From positions 21,080,001-21,144,000 of the forward strand of contig OZ024754.1 in NCBI GenBank assembly GCA_964016885.1: a stretch of DNA of 64,000 nt. Reading direction: 5' to 3'. The notes under the pieces are model-generated. The model had not been told where the DNA came from, did no database searches, and saw only the letters and a program-made list of their open reading frames with translations. The position numbers and the translations under genes are program-made. This DNA is from Eledone cirrhosa. Its lineage: Eukaryota. This document shows, in pieces, positions 1 through 12,000 of this stretch. Each line of letters starts with the position of its first letter. The first letter of the stretch is position 1.

Positions 1-3000
1 TTACCCTTGGTATTAACATAGACTCCCTCCCATATTACCCTTGGTATTAACATAGACTCCCTCACATATTACCCTTGGTATTAACATAGACTCCCTCCCA
101 TATTACCGTTGGTATTAATATAGGGACTCCCTCCCATATTAGCCTTGGTATTAACATAGGGACTCCCTCCCATATTAGCCTTGGTATTAACATAGACTCC
201 CTTCCATATTAGCCTTGGTATTAACATAGACTCCCTCCCATATTAGCCTTCGTATTAACATAGGGACTCCCTCCCATATTATCCTTGGTATTAACATAGG
301 GACTCCCTCCCATATTAGACTTGGTATTAACATAGACTCCCTCCCATATTACCCTTGGTATTATCATAGGGACTCCCTCCCATATTACCCTTGGTATTAA
401 CATAGACTCCCTCCCATATTACCCTTGGTATTAACATAGACACCCTCCCATATTACCTTTGGTATTATGATAGGGACACCCTCCCATATTACCCTTGGTA
501 TTAACATAGACTCCCTCCCATATTACCCTTGGTATTAACATAGACTCCCTCCCATATTAGCCTTGGTATTAACATAGGGACTCCCTCCTATATTACCCTT
601 AGTATTAACATAGACTCCCTCCCATATTACCCTTGGTATTAACATAGACTCCCTCCCATGTTAGCCTTGGTATTAACTTAGACTCCCTCCCATATTAGCC
701 TTGGTATTAACATAGACTCCCTCCCATATTACCCTTGGTATGAACATTGGGACTCCCTCCTAAATTAGACTTGGTATTAACATAGTCTCCCTCCCATATT
801 ACCCTTGGTACTAACATGCACTCCCTTCTATATCAGACGTGGTATTAACATAGGGACTCCCTCCCATATTAGCCTTGGTATTAACATAGGGACTCATTCT
901 CATATTAGACTTGGTATTAACATAGACTCCCTCCCATATTAGACTTGGTATTAACATAGGGACTCCCTCCCATATTACCCTTGGTATTAACATAGGGACT
1001 CCCTCACATATTACCCTTGGTATTAACATAGAGACACCCTCCCATATTACCCTTGGTATTAACATTGGGACTTCCTCCTAAAGTAGACTTGGTATTAACA
1101 TAGACTGCCTCCCATATTACCCTTGGTATTAACATAGGGACTCCCTCCCATATTACACTTGGTATTAATATAGAGACTCCCTCCCATATTACCCTTGGTA
1201 TTAACATAGACTCCCTCCCATATTAGAATTGGTATTAACATAGATTCCCTCCCATATTAGACTTGGTATTAATATAGAGACTCCCTCCCATATTACCCTT
1301 GGTAATAGATTTAACATAGATTCCCTCCCTTATTAGACTTAGTATTAATATAGAGACTCCCTCCCATATTACCCTTGGTATTAACATAGACTCCCTCCCA
1401 TATTACCCTTGGTATTAACATAGACTCCCTCCCATATTAGACTTGGTATTAATATAGAGACTCCCTCCCATATTACCCTTGGTATTAACATAGACTCCCC
1501 CCCATATTACCCTTGGTATTAACATAGACTGCCTCCCATATTACCCTTGGTATTAACATAGGGACTCCCTCCCATATTACACTTGGTATTAATATAGAGA
1601 CTCCCTCCCATATTACCCTTAGTATTAACATAGACTCCCTCCCATATTAGCCTTGGTATTAACATAGGCTCCCTCACATATTACCCTTGGTATTAACATA
1701 TACTCCCTCCCATATTACCGTTGGTATTAACATAGGGACTCCCTCCCATATTAGCCTTGGTATTAACATAGACTCCCTTCCATATTAGCCTTGGTATTAA
1801 CATAGACTCCCTCCCATATTACCCTTGGTATTAACATAGACTCCCTCCCATATTACCCTTGGTAATAACATAGGGACTCCCTCCCATATTTCCTTTGGTA
1901 TTAACATAGGGACTCCCTCCCATATTACCCTTGGTATTAACATAGACTCCCTCCCATATTACCCTTGGTATTAACATAGACTCCCTCCCATATTAGCCTT
2001 CGTATTAACATAGGTACTCCCTCCAATATTACCCTTGGTATTAACATAGGGACTCCCTCCCATATTAGACTTGGTATTAACATAGACTCCCTCCCATATT
2101 ACCCTTGGTATTAACATAGGGACTCCCTCACATATTACCCTTGATATTAACATAGGGACTCCCTCCCATATTAGCCTTGGTATTAACATAGACTCCCTCC
2201 CATATTACCCTTGGTGTTAACATAGACTCCCTCCCATATTACCCTTGGTATTAACATAGGGACTCCCTCCCATATTTCCCTTGGTATAAACATAGGGACT
2301 CCCTCCCATATTACCCTTGGTATTAACATAGACTCCATCCCATATTACCCTTGGTATTAACATAGACTCCCTCCTATATTAGCCTTCGTATTAACATAGG
2401 GACTCCCTCCCATATTACCCTTGGTATTAACATAGGGACTCCCTCCCATATTAGACATGGTATTAACATAGACTCCCTCCCATATTACCCTTGGTATTAT
2501 CATAGGGACTCCCTCCCATATTACCCTTGGTATTAACATAGACTCCCTTCCATATTACCGTTGGTATTAATATAGGGACTCCCTCCCATATTAGCCTTGG
2601 TATTAACTTGGGACTCCCTCCCATATTTGCCTTGGTATTAACATAGGGACTCCCTCCCATATTACCCTTGGTATTAACATAGACTCCATCCCATATTACC
2701 CTTGGTATTAACATAAACTCCCTCCCATATTAGCCTTCGTATTAACATAGGGACTCCCTCCCATATTACCCTTGGTATTAACATAGGGACTCCCTCCCAT
2801 ATTAGACTTGGTATTAACATAGACTCGCTCCCATATTACCCTTGGTATTATCATAGGGACTCCCTCCCATATTACCCTTGGTATTAACATAGACTCCCTT
2901 CCATATTACCCTTGGTATTAACATAGACACCCTCCCATATTACCTTTGGTAATATGATAGGAACACCCTCCCATATTACCATTGGTATTAACATAGACTC

Positions 3001-6000
3001 CCTCCCATATTACCCTTAGTATTAACATAGACTCCCACCCATATTACCCTTGGTATTAACATAGACTCCCTCCCATGTTAGCCTTGGTATTAACATAGAC
3101 TCCCTCCCATATTAGACTTGGTATTAATATAGAGACTCCCTCCCATATTACCCTTGGTATTAACATAGACTCCCTCCCATATTACCCTTGGTATTAACAT
3201 AGGGACTCCCTCCCATATTACCCTTGGTATTAACATAGAGACCCCCCCCCCATATTACCCTTGGTATTAACATAGACTCCCTCCCATATTTCCCTTGGTA
3301 TTAACATAGGGACTCCCTCCCATATTACCCTTGGTATTAACATAGACTCCCTCCCATATTACCCTTGGTATTAACAGATACTCCCTGCCATATTAGCCTT
3401 CGTATTAACATAGGGACTCCCTCCCATATTACCCTTGGTATTAACATAGGGACTCCCTCCCATATTAGACTTGGTATTAACATAGACTCCCTCCCATATT
3501 ACCCTTGGTATTATCATAGGGACTCCCTCCCATATTACCCTTGGTATTAACATAGACTCCCTCCCATATTACCCTTGGTATTAACATAGACTCCCTCCCA
3601 TATTACCCTTGGTACTAACATAGACTCCCTCCCATATTACCCTTGGTATTAACATAGGGACTACCTCCTATATTAGACTTGGTATTAACATAGACTCCCT
3701 CCCATATTACCCTTGGTATTAACATGCACTCCCTCCCATATTAGACTTGGTATTAACATAGGGACTCCCTCCCATATTTCCCTTGGTATTAACATAGAGA
3801 CTCCCTCCCATATTACCCTTGGTATTAACATAGGGACTCCCTCCTATATTAGACTTGGTATTAACATAGATTCCCTCCCATATTACCCTTGGTATTAACA
3901 TGCACTCCCTTCTATATTAGTCGTGGTATTAAAATAGGGACTCGCTCCCATATTACCCTTGGTATTAACATAGGGCCTCCCTCCCATATTAGACTTGGTA
4001 TTAACATAGACTCCCTCCCATATTAGATTTGGTATTAACATAGACTCCCTCCCATATTACCCTTGGTATTAACATAGGGACTCCCTCCCATATTTCCCTT
4101 GGTATTAACACAGGGACTCCCTCCCATATTACCCTTGGTATTAACATAGACTCCATCCCATATTACCCTTGGTATTAACATAGACTCCCTCCCATATTAG
4201 CCTTCGTATTAACATAGGGACTCCCTCCCATATTACCCTTGGTATTAACATAGAGACTCCCTCCCATATTAGACTTGGTATTAACATAGACTCCCTCCCA
4301 TATTACCCTTGGTATTATCATAGGGACTCCCTCCCATATTACCCTTGGTATTAACATAGACTCCCTTCCTTATAACCCTTGGTATTAACATAGACATCCT
4401 CCATATTACCTTTGGTATTATGATAGGGACACCCTCCCATATTACCCTTGGTATTAACATAGACTCCCTCCCATATTACCCTTGGTATTAACATAGACTC
4501 CCTCCCATATTAGCCTTGGTATTAACATAGGGACTCCCTCCTATATTACCCTTAGTATTAACATAGACTCCCTCCCATATTACCCTTGGTATTAACATAG
4601 ACTCCCTCCCATGTTAGCCTTGGTATTAACATAGACTCCCTCCCATATTAGCCTTGGTATTAACATAGACTCCCTCCCATATTACCCTTGGTATTAACGT
4701 GCACTCCCTTCTATATCAGACGTGGTATTAACATAGGGACTCCCTCCCATATTATCCTTGGTATTAACATAGGGACTCCCTCTCATATGAGACTTGGTAT
4801 TAACATAGACTCCCTCCCATATTAGACTTGGTATTAACATAGGGACTCCCTCCCATATTACCCTTGGTATTAACATAGGGACTCCCTCACATATTACCCT
4901 TGGTATTAACATAGAGACACCCTCCCATATTACCCTTGGTATTAACATTGGGACTACCTCCTAAAGTAGATTTGGTATTAACATAGACTGCCTCCCATAT
5001 TACCCTTGGTATTAACATAGGGACTCCCTCCCATATTAGACTTGGTATTAATATAGAGACTCCCTCCCATATTACCCTGGGTATTAACATAGACTCCCTC
5101 CCATATTACCCTTGGTATTAACATAGGGACTCCCTCCCATATTACCCTTGGTATTAACATAGAGACCCCCCCCCATATTACCCTTGGTATTAACATAGAC
5201 TCCCTCCCATATTTCCCTTGGTATTAACATAGGGACACCCTCCCATATTACCCTTGGTATTAACATAGATTCCCTCCCAGATTACCCTTGGTATTAACAT
5301 ATACTCCCTGCCATATTAGCCTTCGTATTAACATAGGAACTCCCTCCCATATTACCCTTGGTATTAACATAGGGACTCCCTCCCATATTAGACTTGGTAT
5401 TAACATAGACTCCCTCCCATATTACCCTTGGTATTATCATAGGGACTCCCTCCCATATTACCCTTGGTATTAACATAGACTCCCTCCCATATTACCCTTG
5501 GTATTAACATGCACTCCCTCCCATATTAGACTTGGTATTAACATAGGGACTCCCTCCCATATTTCCCTTGGTATTAACATAGAGACTCCCTCCCATATTA
5601 CCCTTGGTATTAACATAGACTACCTCCCATATTACCCTTGGTATTAACATAGACTCCCTCCCATATTACCCTTGGTATTAACATAGACTCCCTCCCATAT
5701 TACCCTTGGTACTAACATAGACTCCCTCCCATATTACCCTTGGTATTAACATAGGGACTCCCTCCTATATTAGACTTGGTATTAACATAGACTCCCTCCC
5801 ATATTACCCTTGGAATTAACATGCACTCCCTCCCATATTAGACTTGGTATTAACATAGGGACTCCCTCCCATATTTCCCTTGGTATTAACATAGAGACTC
5901 CCTCCCATTTTACCCTTGCTATTAACATAGACTACCTCCCATATTACCCTTGGTATTAACATAGACTCCCTCCCATATTACCCTTGGTATTAACATAGAC

Positions 6001-9000
6001 TCCCTCCCATATTACCCTTGGTACTAACATAGACTCCCTCCCATATTACCCTTGGTATGAACATTGGGACTCCCTCCTAAATTAGACTTGGTATTAACAT
6101 AGACTCCCTCCCATATTACCCTTGGTATTAACATAGGGACTCCCTCCCATATTTCCCTTGGTATTAACACAGGGACTCCCTCCCATATTACCCTTGGTAT
6201 TAACATAGACTCCATCCCATATTACCCTTGGTATTAACATAGACTCCCTCCCATATTAGCCTTCGTATTAACATAGGGACTCCCTCCCATATTACCCTTG
6301 GTATTAACATAGAGACTCCCTCCCATATTAGACTTGGTATTAACATAGACTCCCTCCCATATTACCCTTGGTATTATCATAGGGACTCCCTCCCATATTA
6401 CCCATGGTATTAACATAGACTCCCTTCCTTATTACCATTGGTATTAACATAGACACCCTCCATATTACCTTTGGTATTATGATAGGGACACGCTCCCATA
6501 TTACCCTTGGTATTAACATAGACTCCCTCCCATATTACCCTTGGTATTAACATAGACTCCCTCCCATATTAGCCTTGGTATTAACATAGGGACTCCCTCC
6601 TATATTACCCTTAGTATTAACATAGACTCCCTCCCATATTACCCTTGGTATTAACATAGACTCCCTCCCATGTTAGCCTTGGTATTAACATAGACTCCCT
6701 CCCATATTAGCCTTGGTATTAACATAGACTCCCTCCCATATTACCCTTGGTATTAACGTGCACTCCCTTCTATATCAGACGTGGTATTAACATAGGGACT
6801 CCCTCCCATATTATCCTTGGTATTAACATAGGGACTCCCTCTCATATGAGACTTGGTATTAACATAGACTCCCTCCCATATTAGACTTGGTATTAACATA
6901 GGGACTCCCTCCCATATTACCCTTGGTATTAACATAGGGACTCCCTCACATATTACCCTTGGTATTAACATAGAGACACCCTCCCATATTACCCTTGGTA
7001 TTAACATTGGGACTACCTCCTAAAGTAGATTTGGTATTAACATAGACTGCCTCCCATATTACCCTTGGTATTAACATAGGGACTCCCTCCCATATTAGAC
7101 TTGGTATTAATATAGAGACTCCCTCCCATATTACCCTGGGTATTAACATAGACTCCCTCCCATATTACCCTTGGTATTAACATAGGGACTCCCTCCCATA
7201 TTACCCTTGGTATTAACATAGAGACCCCCCCCCATATTACCCTTGGTATTAACATAGACTCCCTCCCATATTTCCCTTGGTATTAACATAGGGACACCCT
7301 CCCATATTACCCTTGGTATTAACATAGATTCCCTCCCAGATTACCCTTGGTATTAACATATACTCCCTGCCATATTAGCCTTCGTATTAACATAGGAACT
7401 CCCTCCCATATTACCCTTGGTATTAACATAGGGACTCCCTCCCATATTAGACTTGGTATTAACATAGACTCCCTCCCATATTACCCTTGGTATTATCATA
7501 GGGACTCCCTCCCATATTACCCTTGGTATTAACATAGACTCCCTCCCATATTACCCTTGGTATTAACATGCACTCCCTCCCATATTAGACTTGGTATTAA
7601 CATAGGGACTCCCTCCCATATTTCCCTTGGTATTAACATAGAGACTCCCTCCCATATTACCCTTGGTATTAACATAGACTACCTCCCATATTACCCTTGG
7701 TATTAACATAGACTCCCTCCCATATTACCCTTGGTATTAACATAGACTCCCTCCCATATTACCCTTGGTACTAACATAGACTCCCTCCCATATTACCCTT
7801 GGTATTAACATAGGGACTCACTCCTATATTAGACTTGGTATTAACATAGACTCCCTCCCATATTACCCTTGGTATTAACATGCACTCCCTCCCATATTAG
7901 ACTTGGTATTAACATAGGGACTCCCTCCCATATTTCCCTTGGTATTAACATAGAGACTCCCTCCCATTTTACCCTTGCTATTAACATAGACTACCTCCCA
8001 TATTACCCTTGGTATTAACATAGACTCCCTCCCATATTACCCTTGGTACTAACATAGACTCCCTCCCATATTACCCTTGGTATGAACATTGGGACTCCCT
8101 CCTAAATTAGACTTGGTATTAACATAGACTCCCTCCCATATTACCCTTGGTATTAACATGCACTCCCTTCTATATCAGACGTGGTATTAACATAGGGACT
8201 CCCTCCCATATTAGCCTTGGTATTAACATAGGGACTCCCTCTCATATTAGACTTGGTATTAACATAGACTCCCTCCCATATTACCCTCGGTATTATCATA
8301 GGGACTCCCTCCCATATTACCCTTGGTATTAACATAGACTCCCTTCCATATTACCCTTGGTATTAACATAGACACCCTCCCATATTACCTTCGGTATTAT
8401 GATAGGGACACCCTCCCATATTACCCTTGGTATTAACATAGACTCCCTCCCATATTACCCTTGGTATTAACATAGACTCCCTCCCATATTAGCCTTGGTA
8501 TTACCATAGGGACTCCCTCCTATATTACCCTTAGTATTAACATAGACTCCCTCCCATATTACCCTTGGTATTAACATAGACTCCCTCCCATGTTAGCCTT
8601 GGTATTAACATAGACTCCCTCCCATATTACCCTTGGTATGAACATTGGGACTCCCTCCTAAATTAGACTTGGTATTAACATAGACTCCCTCCCATATTAC
8701 CCTCGGTATTAACATGCACTCCCTTCTATATCAGACGTGGTATTAACATAGGGACTCCCTCCCATAATAGCCTTGGTATTAACATAGGGACTCCCTCTCA
8801 TATTAGACTTGGTATTAACATAGACTCCCTCCCATATTAGACTTGGTATTAACATAGGGACTCCCTCCCATATTACCCTTGGTATTAACATAGGGACTCC
8901 CTCACATATTACCCTTGGTATTAACATAGAGACACCCTCCCATATTGCCCTTGGTATTAACATAGACTGCCTCCCATATTACCCATGGTATTAACATAGG

Positions 9001-12000
9001 GACTCCCTCCCATATTACACTTGGTATTAATATAGACTCCCTCCCATATGACCCTTGGTATTAACATAGACTCCCTCCCATATTAGAATTGGTATTAATA
9101 TAGAGACTCCCTCCCATATTACCCTTGGTATTAACATAGACTCCCTCCCATATTAGACTTGGTATTAATATAGAGACTCCCTCCCATATTACCCTTGGTA
9201 TTAACATAGACTACCTCGCATATTACCCTTGGTATTAATATAGAGACTCCCTCCCATATTACCCTTGGTATTAACATAGACTCCCTCCCATATTAGACTT
9301 GGTATTAATATAGAGACTCCCTCCCATATTACCCTTGGTATTAACATAGACTACCTCCCATATTACCCTTGGTATTAACATAGGGACTCCCTCCCATATT
9401 ACCTTTGGTATTAACATAGAGACCCCCCCCCCATATTACCCTTGGTATTAACATAGACTCCCTCCCATATTACCCTTGGTATTAACATAGACTCCCTCAC
9501 ATATTACCCTTGGTATTAACATAGACTCCCTCCCATATTACCGTTGGTATTAATATAGGGACTCCCTCCCATATTAGCCTTGGTTTTAACATAGGGACTC
9601 CCTCCCATATTAGCCTTGGTATTAACATAGACTCCCTTCCATATTAGCCTTGGTATTAACATAGACTCCCTCCCATATTAGCCTTCGTATTAACATAGGG
9701 ACTCCCTCCCATATTATCCTTGGTATTAACATAGGGACTCCCTCCCATATTAGACTTGGTATTAACATAGACTCCCTCCCATATTACCCTTGGTATTATC
9801 ATAGGGACTCCCTCCCATATTACCCTTGGTATTAACATAGACTCCCTCCCATATTACCCTTGGTATTAACATAGACACCCTCCCATATTACCTTTGGTAT
9901 TATGATAGGGACACCCTCCCATATTACCCTTGGTATTAACATAGACTCCCTCCCATATTACCCTTGGTATTAACATAGACTCCCTCCCATATTAGCCTTG
10001 GTATTAACATAGGGACTCCCTCCTATATTACACTTAGTATTAACATAGACTCCCTCCCATATTACCCTTGGTATTAACATAGACTCCCTCCCATGTTAGC
10101 CTTGGTATTAACTTAGACTCCCTCCCATATTAGCCTTGGTATTAACATAGACTCCCTCCCATATTACCCTTGGTATGAACATTGGGACTCCCTCCTAAAT
10201 TAGACTTGGTATTAACATAGTCTCCCTCCCATATTACCCTTGGTATTAACATGCACTCCCTTCTATATCAGACGTGGTATTAACATAGGGACTCCCTCCC
10301 ATATTAGCCTTGGTATTAACATAGGGACTCATTCTCATATTAGACTTGGTATTAACATAGACTCCCTCCCATATTAGACTTGGTATTAACATAGGGACTC
10401 CCTCCCATATTACCCTTGGTATTAACATAGGGACTCCCTCACATATTACCCTTGGTATTAACATAGAGACACCCTCCCATATTACCCTTGGTATTAACAT
10501 TGGGACTTCCTCCTAAAGTAGACTTGGTATTACCATAGACTGCCTCCCATATTACCCTTGGTATTAACATAGGGACTCCCTCCCATATTACACTTGGTAT
10601 TAATATAGAGACTCCCTCCCATATTACCCTTGGTATTAACATAGACTCCCTCCCATATTAGAATTGGTATTAACATAGATTCCCTCCCATATTAGACTTG
10701 GTATTAATATAGAGACTCCCTCCCATATTACCCTTGGTATTAACATAGATTCCCTCCCTTATTAGACTTAGTATTAATATAGAGTCTCCCTCCCATATTA
10801 CCCTTGGTATTAACATAGACTCCCTCCCATATTACCCTTGGTATTAACATAGACTCCCTCCCATATTAGACTTGGTATTAATATAGAGACTCCCTCCCAT
10901 ATTACCCTTGGTATTAACATAGACTCCCCCCCATATTACCCTTGGTATTAACATAGACTGCCTCCCATATTACCCTTGGTATTAACATAGGGACTCCCTC
11001 CCATATTACACTTGGTATTAATATAGAGACTCCCTCCCATATTACCCTTGGTATTAACATAGACTCCCTCCCATATTAGCCTTGGTATTAACATAGGCTC
11101 CCTCACATATTACCCTTGGTATTAACATATACTCCCTCCCATATTACCGTTGGTATTAACATAGGTACTCCCTCCCATATTAGTCTTGGTATTAACATAG
11201 ACTCCCTTCCATATTAGCCTTGGTATTAATATAGACTCCCTCCCATATTACCCTTGGTATTAACATAGACTCCCTCCCATATTACCCTTGGTAATAACAT
11301 AGGGACTCCCTCCCATATTTCCTTTGGTATTAACATAGGGACTCCCTCCCATATTACCCTTGGTATTAACATAGACTCCCTCCTATATTACCCTTGGTAT
11401 TAACATAGACTCCCTCCCATATTAGCCTTCGTATTAACATAGGGACTCCCTCCCATATTACCCTTGGTATTAACATAGGGACTCCCTCCCATATTAGACT
11501 TGGTATTAACATAGGCTCCCTCCCATATTACCCTTGGTATTAACATAGGGACTCCCTCCCATATTAGCCTTGGTATTAACATAGACTCCCTCCCATATTA
11601 CCCTTGGTGTTAACATATACTCCCTCCCATATTACCCTTGGTATTAACATAGGGACTCCCTCCCATATTTCCCTTGGTATAAACATAGGGACTCCCTCCC
11701 ATATTACCCTTGGTATTAACATAGACTCCATCCCATATTACCCTTGGTATTAACATAGACTCCCTCCTATATTAGCCTTCGTATTAACATAGGGACTCCC
11801 TCCCATATTACCCTTGGTATTAACATAGGGACTCCCTCCCATATTAGACATGGTATTAACATAGACTCCCTCCCATATTACCCTTGGTATTATCATAGGG
11901 ACTCCCTCCCATATTACCCTTGGTATTAACATAGACTCCCTTCCATATTACCGTTGGTATTAATATAGGGACTCCCTCCCATATTAGCCTTGGTATTAAC

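Noticed and set aside
113-123. TATA-like or -10 promoter-like motifs (TATTAATATA, TATAAA) and GGGAGG Shine-Dalgarno-like motif on the minus strand
   Set aside because: These are incidental parts of the monomer or its variants, with no downstream gene.
815-846. Divergent GCAC..CGTGG segments as foreign insertions or transposon footprints
   Set aside because: They align without gaps to the 34-bp consensus, so they are substituted monomers, with no TSD or terminal repeats.
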